In this document: positions 24,730 through 36,515 of the stretch, piece by piece
Numbering within the stretch: position 1 is the first letter of the stretch
Layout: the number at the start of each line of letters is the position of its first letter
Source: Phoronis australis
Taxonomy: Eukaryota > Animalia > Phoronida
Reading direction: 5' to 3'
NCBI GenBank assembly: GCA_002633005.1
Contig: NMRA01000054.1
Span: forward strand, 1,169,535-1,233,534
Length of the DNA: 64,000 nt
The notes under the pieces: model-generated
The model's database searches: none
Told to the model about the DNA's origin: nothing
Seen by the model: the letters and a program-made list of their open reading frames with translations, nothing else
Program-made: the position numbers and the translations under genes

Positions 24730-27589
24730 TCCTGTCTTCACAAGTCCATTTTTGTTATCTCCGTTTTGATGAAAATTATCTGGTAATCTTTTTGACGAAA
24801 ATTGTCCGCTAAATTTCTTCCAAAGGTAGTGACTCAAGAACTCCTGTCCTTACGAGGAACTTCAGCCATAGTCTAGTGAGCGAATTAACCAAATTACTCT
24901 TCGCTGGTCTCAGCAGAATGCGCACATTTGGCCAGGATTTGGACCAGCGATTTCAACAAATTCACATTCGTGTATAAATATATAGAACGCTGGTAAAACC
25001 TTTAACATAAATAAAGATTACATTAATACTAGTCAAAATCTACCTCGCAATTCAACAGCAGGTTACACACTCATGTCCAATATATGCCGCACAAAATCTC
25101 GCGATTTGCAGCCTATTAAAATGCAACCAACTTCTTTGAAAACATGGAACAGGAAATTACACCAGAGAGGTGTGAAGGTTGTTTTTATTCTTCAATGTTA
25201 AATTTTTGTAGGCGGACAAATGGTTTTTAAATTTCCGCCTTAAGTCCTAACATTTCCAAACTTAAGCCGTTCAAACGAACGTTTATGACGAAAACAAAAT
25301 TCTTCAACCAGTTTTGTAAAGTCCTATGCCACCTGTTGGGTACATAATGAACCAATCCCACTCCTAATGTAACAAAAGGGTCCCGTGCATACAGGATATT
25401 AAGTATTGCCCTCCTGAAATATTACTGTATTCACCCTAATAGTGAAGCGGCCAGGACGATTAGAAAAATCCGCTTCAGGAAGGGGGGGCGCATAGCATAG
25501 ACCAAAAGTGGTTAAAACCCGGTCTCCGAAACAAGTGAAATCGTAAGCTAGAATTCATCAAATTTACGCTCTGTGACGCATCTGTAACCTATGACAGAGT
25601 TTCTCCAAAACTGAACTGCATTGCTATCAAACTTTGTTGTTAACTTACGAGCATTTTCCAGAAAATCCCACTGCCAAAAATTGCCGTGAATCAGGTTTCA
25701 AGCTCCTCAGCTTGGTCTAACTATATATTAATGAACCATAAAAATGGTTCCAAGTGATCAATGCAATGGGCCCACATGCGCTGCCTGCGCACGTCTGGTA
25801 AAACGTGTATCATGCAGCCCCTGATTTGAACAAAGGTATCGTTTTTTAATTTTGGTCCGGTATAAATAACGCCACAGACCTGGAAATCCAGCGAAACACT
25901 TCTACCCTACAATTCTGACAATCCCTAGTCTCAGAAAATTTGAGCACTCAGCAAAAGATACTAATGATGAAATTCCGGTGATAATAATCACTTACTTTGT
26001 TTATTTACTTCACCTATAGTTGGTAAAATGAAGCCCATTCGAGCAAAATAAATCATGTGACGTAATTGGCGAAAGCCGACTCACAAGAGCGCATTTCAAA
26101 TTTAGCAGTAGATCATCGGTAGAACGCCAATTTTCCAACACCCTTGAATAATTTGGTTTACTCAAAGAAGAGCGGTGTAGCTTTTAAGTGGCACTACTTT
26201 TGTGTCGGATTTTATTTAGTCATTTTTACCCACATCGGCGCAAAGCTGTAAGTTTTGTATACAGCTTTGCACCAAAGTCTAGAACAAATCTGATCGGGAA
26301 TTTTGTCACCAGTCCTTGTCGTGAATACGAATCTATTTCACGTAGGGCACACGACGGGATAGGCGGGTAAGTTCCACAAATGTATAACAAGACCTCTTCA
26401 TCGCTGCATCCTTACGCAACGTGGCCCAGAAGCCTACGTCAGAGAAATGTCACTCAGCTGTTACGCAGTGAGACTTAGGAGAAATTTCGTTCCACTTTAC
26501 GCTGTTTGGTTAAGAATTTCTCTGGGAGCGCTCGAAGGGTCTACGAATTATGGGTGGTGTAATTTACGTCGCAATTAATTATTTCATGTAGTATGAAAGC
26601 AACAAAAACTATATTTTATTAAAAATAACTGTATTTCTGGTGTCAAGAGGTCGTTTTGGACTCTGGAGGCTATCTTTAAGATCAAGAAAACTTATAACCA
26701 TGTGATGTAATGACAATGCTTTTCTCAAAACTAAAAAGATTATCTGCATTTTATTTTCCTTGTCGTTGTGTAACTAACACATACATATCATGTTTCATCG
26801 CAGTTTTACAATCAGAATATACATGTTGATTGGGAATTTGGAGAGGTTATCTTTTAAAGTTTTGTCAAGGTTTGAAAGTGCAGCCCAGCAAGAAATTGCC
26901 AACTGACAACAGTTCCAAGAGGTTAATTGTATCCACAGAAACATTACATCAATGTATTCATATTCCAATAGCTTTTTCTTCCCTGCTGTGGTGCACAACA
27001 TGTAAAATATACATGCATAAAACACCAACCTCACTGTTCAATTATTTTTCATATTTAAACTTAAATGTGTGCTTGAGTTAACCTGCACCTATTCGTATTT
27101 GGTTAGCTCAAAGCTAAGAGTTACTTAAGCTTAAGCATAGTTAAAACCATTGTTTCCATCAAAACACAACATTGTTATAATTATGCTCAAAATGAAACTG
27201 CTGTTTTATGATTTCCCAAAATTAGAGAAATTTTCTGCAATGTCCAAAGCAGACGGATTTTGTCTTAACTCGGCCAAAATGTTAGTGTGTCAAGAAATTT
27301 TCATTGGCAAATTCGAGTTTAGTACCCTTTTAAATAGTTTTTACAATTAAATTCACTGTATATAAATGTTTATTCTGTATAAGTCGAAACAATGTGTTAC
27401 TGCTATTGATCAAGCGACCAGTGAAAAATAATTAACAAATTCACATACAGTTTTAATTTTAGTTTTAATTCTATCAAAACCGACTTAGAATATGTCATAT
27501 GGATTTCATTAAATTTAGAAGAACCCTCAACCACTCTGCAACACACATTTGCAACCTTTCCCATCGCACAGGTGTTTTAAAATTCCGCT

Positions 27590-27792
27590 GGTTTTTCGCC
27601 AGTTGCACGATCGTAATTTACGGCGACATTTCCCCACTTAATTTACGAGAGTAATTATACTGCAACACTTTTGCAATGTAATTTACGCTCGTAATTAGGG
27701 GCGTAATTTCACGGGGACGCTCCTGCAATTTAAATTACGCTCGTAACTACGAGCGTAATTTTACGGCGACACTTTCCCTTAACGGCCCACTA
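27590..27792. repeat. Cluster of (C)GTAATT(T)ACG palindromic motifs, likely a MITE terminus
   Basis: Repeated cgtaatttacg / ttacgctcgtaa / tttacggcgaca units in both orientations. Confidence 0.5.
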
Positions 27793-27844
27793 TACAATCA
27801 AGGCATTGTACGTCGTCTGTTTTATTTATGGTTGTTGGACGCAG

Positions 27845-27949
27845 TACCGTCCTCAGACAAAGTATCTGTTGTATGTGTAGGAGCCTCTATCGATGATCAA
27901 ACATCCAGTAATGTTCCAACAAACGATGTCATGTGTAGCCACAAAACAC
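27845..27949 (+). CDS. Candidate small linker exon of the host gene
   Basis: Open frame PSSDKVSVVCVGASIDDQTSSNVPTNDVMCSHKT with a strong |gtaagt donor. Two possible acceptors (27845, 27857) both give phase 1/1 frame-preserving exons. No domain match; acceptor pyrimidine tract is weak. Confidence 0.35.
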
Positions 27950-29243
27950 GTAAGTACAGCCAACACAATATCAGGCCAATGGAGAGGTACACAGCTTACA
28001 AAAAGTGGCAGATACAAGTCAGAGGGCACTGGGTATAAGTCTCAGCATTAACCACATCACAATTGTGTTGTAAGATTCGTCACACAGCGGAAGGTACTAT
28101 ACACTAAAGAAAGCCAATACATGAACAAAGCAATGTCACGATAACCAGATTGAAGATTAATATGAAGTTAAAAACGCAGGAAAATAATAAAAAAATGTCG
28201 TCTCAGTGTCACTATCAATTTCTTCCAATATTTCGATGCACCGCCGTATACACTAGCATCTCGCGGGAATTGTATAACACAACGGTGGCCCGTACTGACA
28301 TTTTGTTTTGGTTAGCAGACACACGAATGCTGTTAATTTTTATTTCACTAAACGAAAGAAAATGTGGCGGTAATTTGGCAGTATTCTGCGCGTGCAATAA
28401 AATATCGCAAATACATAATCCTAAGTTTAATCAGTAATTAATAGAAAAACCAGGACTTTGATGGAGGATTTTTTGATTGTAACTCGACCATAGTTGGATA
28501 CTAAAATCACATTCACAAAGACAAGTTTCAAATTTGTTTGGCGAACTGACACGCTACAGCTTATGCATGAAGGCCTAAAAATGTACATTGGAAGCAAAAT
28601 GAGGATATCATTAACATGGTCAAATTCCAGTTGTTCATATCACCCGTTTTGTTGCTCTTTTGCAGCCTACATTTTTCTTAAAACCGTGGTCTTCCTCGAA
28701 GGGTAAAAGTTCATAATTAATATGATTTTTCTATTGATTGCGTACATGATTTTTATATCTTAACACATGTTAATTACAGTTTTCAGTACATTATTTGTGG
28801 TAGCAACGCATTAGCCCCGTGCGTACAGGACTATTCATTTTGAGACCTATGAGCAGGTTTCTTGCACTTCACGTTAAAAGTTTGAGATTTCACAAGTGTG
28901 AGGCACTGTTTCAAGAGTGAAATTAGACACTTGTTTGAATTAAAAGCTGACGTAGACAAAAGCAAGCTAATACGCCTAAAAGTTCGTTACATTTGGCAAT
29001 TTATGAAATTAGTAGGCTCAGAGCGATGGTCTTAACATACTGTAGTAACCAAATTTACATGTGTTACCGTTGAAGATAGGCTTTAAGTGGCAGATAGATG
29101 TATTTTAAACACTGACATTTCTGGACTCCAACATTTCTTGTCTGACTATTCTATTTGTAGGCTGGGCTTTTCAATTCTGTGCGTGTCATTACCACTTCGA
29201 CCAAGCTTGTGAATATGTTATAGTGTTGACGCACATTTTTCAG

Positions 29244-29456
29244 CAACCAACGTGGCCAAAAATAAAAAAGCGATGCAAATGTCAGACCATGATTTAGGTC
29301 CCGCATGGAAAGCTATAGATGGAAATGACAGTCCGCTTTGGGAACACTCATCTTGCACGCACGTAAAAGATTGGGAGTATCAGCCCTGGTGGAAGGTGGA
29401 TTTGTTCGACATTCACCACGTCCATGGAGTCAAAATCACAAACAGACAGGCTGTCG
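29244..29456 (+). CDS. Host gene exon: F-type lectin domain 2, N-terminal half
   Basis: Acceptor catttttcag|, donor |gtacgt, phase 1/1. TNVAKNKKAMQMSD...KAIDGNDSPLWEHSSCTHVKDWEYQPWWKVDL...VKITNRQAV; paralogous to exon 2555-2767. Confidence 0.93.
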
Positions 29457-29767
29457 GTACGTTGTTTTAATTTACACTACTGCGTGATGCCGTGCGCTTT
29501 TCCAGGTGGAAACACCAGCCTTCACTGCGACGTTACTGTTACTCACAATCGAACCCCATACATTTCTGCGACACAGTTTGCGTGATGACATTGGATTTTT
29601 GTCCCATTGCTCTTGGCGTCATTGTGCTTACCTGTTACTGAATATCGGGAATTTGCCTGAGGTTTGTAAAATTTCGTGCTGGTTTTCCACGTTCAGGCTA
29701 TATAACTAATTCAGGAATTCACACAGCAAGATTATAATTTTTGTTCAATCTACATGACCCGTCAGAG

Positions 29768-30482
29768 AATAGCGGAGTTGCAACGCCGCCATATTGGAAA
29801 TGGGTAAGAATGTTGCATTGTGGTTAAGCCAGTAAACAAGTACGTCGGCAAGCGTGGGGGCGAACCGGCCAGAGGGAGGTTATACGTGTTGTGTGCCTAA
29901 CACTGGTCGAGTTTTTTATTAGTCTTCGATTCACGGTTTTCACGTGTACAAAGAAGTTTGGATTCCTGATGAGGCCGGAGAAAATCTGTACCGGACAGAA
30001 ACAATGCAATCCCGCTGACAAGCACGCTGCGTCTGTTTTCAAAGTCCAGACCCGCGTAGTGGGGCACATCCCTTGCAAGAGCAGCAAAACTTCTGCGTTC
30101 TTATTGAATCGCGGCGTAAGTTTGAAGTGTATACAGACATAAGGGTGAGGCTCGTGGTCTACAAATTCAGGACTGTCGGATCTTTCAATTGATAAATTGG
30201 AGACGTTAGAACTGTAGGTAAGGGCATTTTTCTCATGTAGTTCATGGGCTGGGTGCTTACCAAAGTCTGAAAACGCGTTGGGGCACTTGTTGGGGTATGG
30301 GCGCTTATTAGGGCGAATAGCGGCAGAATTACATACAGCAGCGTAGTTTAATGCACACAAATCACACGTCGTGCAAACCAATCGGCCATTCCATATACCC
30401 TAATCAATCCCAATAGCCTTTGAGCACCCTAATTTCCGGACATGCGCAATCGTTAAATCGATTCGGTTGCAACTCCGCTATT
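29768..30482. mobile_element. Non-autonomous TIR DNA transposon (possibly an ISL2EU-like deletion derivative)
   Basis: Perfect 17-bp inverted termini aatagcggagttgcaac (29768-84) / gttgcaactccgctatt (30466-82). Internal GGYTCCVP resembles a THAP start. The superfamily assignment is an inference. Confidence 0.75.
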
Positions 30483-30719
30483 GGCAGAAATTTTACGAAT
30501 GGATTCATGTCCACCTCAAACGACACGAATCACCTGACACACTCATTGACCTCTCCGTCTATTTTTACACCCCTGAAATTTTTACTTTAAGCATGAAAAA
30601 TTGGGCTTAAATGACCTTTTTGGTAATAGCACTGTTCCGTATAGATAAGTCACTGATATTCGATATTTTGTAGGTAAGTATAATATTCATCCCCCAGTCC
30701 CATTTTTTTCAAAGAAATA

Positions 30720-31997
30720 ACCTTCCCTTCGTGGGGGGGGGGCACTCGTTATGCCGGACCACATAATTTAAGTACCCATACTCGAACTAAGTTATTGATA
30801 AGGATATAGCAATCTGTAACAAAATGACTGGAATTTCTAGGCGATGAATAAAAGTTACAACAATAAAGTTCAAAGGTTTGGTCTTCTTTGATTCCATGCA
30901 TAGAAATCCAACTGAAAATGCGCATTTTTGGATGCCAAGTGTCAAGTACTTGTTGTAATTGCTCAGTAATATAAAATACAAACAGCAACTGAAAGTTTTT
31001 AATTTGCTGTAGAAGCATTATATATCGTGCATAATAATCTTGTTTACAGTTTCCTTGCTCTCAGAATGGTTAGTTTTATGAAGAGCTTTCATCAAAGGCT
31101 AATTTTATAAAGTGACACTTTGTGGCGATATAGTATCAGAACATCCTTTCCAGAGAAATATGGCTGCAGTGTTGTGCAGTTTTAAAAGGCGGGAAAATGC
31201 ATTGACGATCTGCCAGTAATGTGAGTGAGGCAGGTTTTGAATATAACTTATGAACTCACCCTGGCCAGAATGGGCGTGTTTGATATATTGTTCGGTGCAC
31301 GGATGCACATTTTTGTTCATTTCCTTGGTTGAAATCATTGCTCTCCCTTGGGCATTGAGGGAAACCCGACATTGCAAGGCAGTTGGTGTCTTCCCCGAAT
31401 GCATTTGGAGCATTAGCACTTACGTCGGCTTCTTATGATAAGAGCTGGCCACGATCCACTTCTAATGAAATCGAGTCTAGGTGGACAATACACAAAGGCA
31501 AATGGAACTCCAGATTTGCTCATGACGTGAAAGTCTCTTGACGAAGAGTTTGCAGCCAGACTCCTTCAGTTGTGTCTAGAGATGAGGTTATCGGAGAATT
31601 GTCATAAAAACGTTTTAGATGAGATGAGTGGCTAAACTTCAGAGCAGTGTCTTCTTTTCTTGCTTGGCTTCTACCTCTAAATCTGGTGCAAACGATGGAG
31701 GGAGAAATATTGAAATCCCATCTATTACATGAAGTTATGGGACACCTGGGTTAATACCCAATCTGTTCTACTTTGAAGCTCAGTCACGTGAAGACCTTTT
31801 TCTGTTGGTTGGTTGTCGTGATTTAAAGAGCCACAATTCTTTCTTGGTGTCAATACTTTATATCGTCACATGAGATTATTCTGCTGTGGAAAGAAAGAAA
31901 AGTAGAAAAGAAATATTTGTACTTTTAATCGTTGTTACCGTAAAGGTTGAAATGAAGCCCCTTTTTCGATTAAGCCCACGGTGGGAGCTTCAGATGC
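30720..31997 (-). mobile_element. Decayed LINE-like relic
   Basis: Homologous at its right end to 7230-7605. Minus-strand (W/G)DFN near 31715 suggests an AP-endonuclease region; otherwise heavily degraded. Confidence 0.4.
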
Positions 31998-32865
31998 ATC
32001 ATTGTATACTTACGCACCAAGGACTACTAAAGAAAGGACATGCACAGCCAGATTCCTGCCTTCGCTAGCGAAGGCCAGTTTATCTGAGCAGCTGTTCTTC
32101 TATTTTTAGCTTCATTTGGCGTAGGAATATTTAGGGATTGCTATGGTGTTTATTGTACGCCATATTGCATAATTTACACTATATTTATATGTATAGATTA
32201 TTACATGGCGAAGTCGTAATCCCCCCTTATCTAGATAACGCCCCTCGGGCGATAATTCTCCAAAATCCACTCAGGCTCTAGATAAGGCGGATAACGACTG
32301 AGAACATGTAATAATCTATTTATACCACATACTGAACGAGAAATATTGCAATGAATGGATCTACCTTTCTCGACTCGCCTCGGCTTTGTAACTACTTTCT
32401 ATGTCAGAGGCTCGGGGTCGGAGGTCGTGACCTTTTAAGAAAAGCCGAGCAATTTTTGTCAAATAATTCTTTCACTCAAAACCAATTGAACAATAAAACA
32501 AAATAGAAATAAAGTGAATCTATAAATTAAGGTTTAGCAACTATTAAAGCTTACTACACATTTTATCACGCTAAGCTTCGACCGGGAAAATATCGTCTGC
32601 TAAAGTAGGTTACCACTAGTAACTGGCTATAATGCTCAAGTCAAAGGATCCCGTCGACACGATACCCGCATTCAAATTGGAGATCGGTGATTTACAAGTG
32701 AGAGAACGCGAGAGAAAATTTTCACTGAATTAAAATATCGTTTTTATGGAAATTATGTGTCGTATTTTTCATAGCGTATAAACGTCGGTGCAATACCCTT
32801 TGCTAAACATGCGATTGTTGCGCGTGCTCATTTAAGTATTCTATTTTCACTTTCGATGACGTCAG

Positions 32866-32945
32866 CCGCTGAGTTGTGTAGTGGTGAAGTCGGCGACTCA
32901 AAACTCTTGAGGCCTGGGTTCGAATCCTGCCTCGGTTTCCCGCCA
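32866..32945 (+). other. tRNA-like sequence (Pol III A/B boxes) in the left palindrome arm
   Basis: ttgtgtagtgg (A box) ... ggttcgaatcc (B box) at tRNA spacing. Cloverleaf imperfect. Confidence 0.6.
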
Positions 32946-33116
32946 AAATGTTATCTCACTAGTGAGATAAATTTATAATGGGTTATTACACGGTTGTATC
33001 TGCCATTCGAGGCTAATAGTGTGGTATAATTTAAGTTATACCACAATATTAGCGTCAAATGGCAGATAAAACCGTGTAATAACCCATAAAGTTATCGCAC
33101 TAGTGAGATAACGATT

Positions 33117-33197
33117 TGGCGGGTAACCGAGGACGGAGTCGAACCCGGGACCTTGGTATTGCTGATCACCGACTTTAACCACTACACCACGCAGCGA
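33117..33197 (-). other. tRNA-like sequence in the right palindrome arm
   Basis: Minus strand gctgcgtggtgtagtggttaaagtcggtgatcagcaataccaaggtcccgggttcgactccgtcctcggttacccgcca: A box TGGTGTAGTGG, B box GGTTCGACTCC. Confidence 0.65.
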
Positions 33198-34118
33198 CTG
33201 ACGTCGTCAAGAGTGAAAATAGAATACTTAAATGAGCACGCGCAATAATTGCATGTTCAACAAACCGCATTGTACTGTACTTATACGCTACGAAACATAA
33301 GACACATAATTGCCATAAAAATGATATCTTAATTCAGTGAAATTTTTCTCTCATGTCCTCTTACTTGTAAATCACCGATCTCCAGTTTGAATGCGGGTAT
33401 CGTGTCGTCAGGATCTTTGTCTTGAGAATTATATTCAATTACCAGTGGTAACCTACTTTAGCAGACGATAATTTCCCGGTCGAAGCTTAGCGTGTAAAAA
33501 AACGTGTTTTAAGCTCTAATAGTTGCTTAACCTTAATTTAGAGATTCCCTTCATTTCTATTTTGTTTTAATTTCCAATTGTTTTTGAGTATAAGCATTAT
33601 TTGACAAAAATGGCTCGGCTTTTCTTAAAAGGTCACGACCTCCGACCCCGGGCCTCTGACATAGAAAGTAGTTACAAAGCCGAGGCGAGTCGAGAAAGGT
33701 AGATCGATTCATTGCAATGTTTCTCGTTTAGTATGTGGTATAAATAGATTATTACATGTTCTCAGTCGTTATCCCCCTTATCTAGAGCCCTCGTGGATTT
33801 TGTAGAATTATCACCCTCGGGGCTAACGCCCCTCGGGCGATAATTCTCCAAAATCCACTAGGGCTCTAGATAGGGGGGGATAACGACTTCGCCATGTAAT
33901 AATCTATATTTATTTTAAATACCGCAATCAATCCACTCAAAGCATAAAACGTCAATTAAAAACATTCTGAGGTCATGTTAGATCATTTAAAGTTGGCACT
34001 ATTTTGTTCCATGTAACATTACTACCGGATGTCTGAGTTGTTTGATCCAGCATGGTGGAATTTTGAAAGGAAAATTGTGATTGTCTTGTCAAGTTTTTGC
34101 TGGTTTTCTTGCTTCAAA

Positions 34119-36515
34119 ATGCCTAATAGATGTGGTGTTGTAAACTGCAAAGGAAATTACAACGAGGAGAACAAGTGTAGTGTGTTTCGATTGCCTAGAG
34201 ATGAAGCTGAGAGACAGAAATGGTTGGATGTACTCCCTCCACGTGAGGATTTCGTTGTTGATCCAGCAAAGTTTTTCATATGTGAAAGACATTTTCCCTT
34301 GAATCCCCCTATGGTCAAATTGCATAAGACTATGCCAATGTGATTATCTCAAAATCAACTGATAGGTTTGTTTGTGTCTTCATGTCGGAAGATTTGCATG
34401 ATAGTAAACTGCCTGTTATTGTCGAAAATAAACCCACTTTGTGCTGTCCTCTGATCCTCAGAGCCTTCAAGGATGGTGTGAATGTACCAATGGGTAAGAT
34501 GCTTTCACCGAACAATGGCCTATCTTCTTACTCACAGTTTTATGAAGCTGTGCGCATTGCTGTTAACTATGACATCCCACTGGAGTATATATTAAACAAG
34601 GCAGTTACAGTTCTCCAAGCTACTCAAACGTTGGATATAGAGAGCAAGAAGGAAACAAATTGGAGTTTTTAACTCATCAGCTCCAGCTCTTGGCCCATAA
34701 ACAGTTTACTATGAATGACTTTTGCTTTGCAATTGAATCCTTCCCCTGGTGCAGCTATGAACAGCTGAGGGATATCTTAATGCTGCCTGGCAAGTGTAAA
34801 GTACAATCTGTTGTTTGCGTCTGTGGACGAAAATGATGTTCTCAGAAACAAAATTGAGAAAATGCAAAAACCTCAGCAAAAGAATGTATTCCTGCTGGTT
34901 GACGAATTGAAAATTCGTCCGACTGTTGCATTTTCTGGCGGAGTATTAAATGGTATGGCCAAAAATAATCCAGATTGTAAGGCGGCATAAAGGGCCAAGC
35001 TTTATGATTTCTGTCACACCAGTGCATAAACTAACTGCAAAGGTTCAATTCGACTTTGTGAAAGAAGCTGCTGCTGCTGTTAAGAAGGCAGGGGGACGTG
35101 TGATAGGCTCCACTACGGACAATCATAAAGTGAACCAGTAGTATTGTAAATTGTTTAAACGGCCTTATGAGTATAGTGCAATCGCCGAGCATCCACTCTA
35201 TGATAAGCGTGTGTGGTATTTACTGTTTGACACGGTACACCAACTAAAGTGCATTCGCAATAACTGGATAATGGAGAAGTACCAGATAATTAGTCTTGAT
35301 GGCCAATCAAAGGCATCATTCGCGGACTTAAATTAGTTGTACAACTCAGAAAAAGACAGCATTTTAAAAACCACTCCACTGACTCAAGCCGCTGTTAATC
35401 CATCAAAACTGCAGCTGCAGAATGTACAACACGTACTGAGAGTATTCAATGAAAAAGTGGTTGCTGCTCTAAAACTGCGAGGATGCCAGGATACTGCATC
35501 CTTTGTAGAAACTGTTCTCGACTGGTGGAATATTGTGAATATGTCTGGAAAGGGCAGAGCCAGCGCCTTAATGAACCCCACCGTACTGTCCAATAACCAG
35601 GTAAAAATATTTAATTTTAGTCAACTGCTGTTACTGTTGCCTGTTATTGCTGTATTATTACTCTTAAAGTAATTGGTATTTTGAATGCAATTATAAAATG
35701 TTTTTATACTTGAATTGAGGGACGATTCCAAGCGACAGAATTTTGGTTTTTAGTACATGTAGAATACCACAACATACATTGCTACATTTGTGATTTATCT
35801 CTTCAAGTGACCCTAAAATAACTAAATGTACCACAAACCAACGCAAGATTTCGAGTATGTTCTGCTACAAGAAATACAAAGTGATCGTCTGGAAGAGGAG
35901 TTTTCTGTGTTAAGGCAGTCGACTGGAGCGAACTCGTTTATGACAACAGGAGTTGTCTTTGCAGCATGTAAAAAACACTAGCTAAACACGCTGCTTCTTT
36001 TCTGCTGTCTATTGAGGTTCAGCCTGAGCCAAAGCAGCATACATGTTTGGGGCTTGACGTTGTTCTAGAGGATGCAGCCTCTATTGTGGTGGAAGCTACT
36101 CTTTCAGTTAACGAAGAAAGTAGTGCAGCGTATGTAGCCGGTTGGCTTTAGAGCAAGTGTGCCGGTGAGCTTGCTTTCACTGAAGAAGAACCAATTGTAA
36201 CTAGTGATGTTAAAGATTTCATTGAAACAGTGTCAAAAGTATCTTTGACAGTGCCTCACATGTGCACTTTTGAACTTGTGCGGCTTGGTCTATGCTTCGT
36301 AATGAAGGCACGTCATCGTGCATGCTACCGCAAAAGATTGCGTAACATTTTGTTAACAATGGCCAAATTCAACAACATAGATATTAATTGATGCTCTAAG
36401 TTATATAGACATCTCTCAAATGTACTTTTGTGTGGACTGCAGAACCTAGAAAAAGACCATAAAAATGCAGTTCTTCTCTAGACATCCGTGAAAAAGGCCT
36501 GCTTAGCTAATTAAT
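34119..36515 (+). pseudogene. THAP9/P-type transposase pseudogene
   Basis: MPNRCGVVNCKGNY..VFRLPRDEAERQKWL..FFICERHF (THAP), LLVDELKIRP (first catalytic D), TTDNHKVNQ (second D), LLFDTVHQLKCIRNNW (DxxH), IQSDRLEEEFS (E), AAYVAGW. Frameshifts and stops; probable intron at ~35601-35760. Confidence 0.92.

Larger units (their letters stand above)
32192..33907. repeat. 1.7-kb palindromic (fold-back) element nested in the P element
   Basis: Arms 32192-33032 and 33033-33907 are diverged reverse complements around the axis gtggtataat-ttaa-gttataccac. Each outer end is itself a hairpin atagattattacatg...catgtaataatctat (32193-32319 and 33744-33906). Confidence 0.92.

Noticed and set aside
32866-33197. 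Functional tRNA genes
   Set aside because: Acceptor and anticodon stems pair poorly and the two copies disagree in the anticodon region; kept only as tRNA-like.
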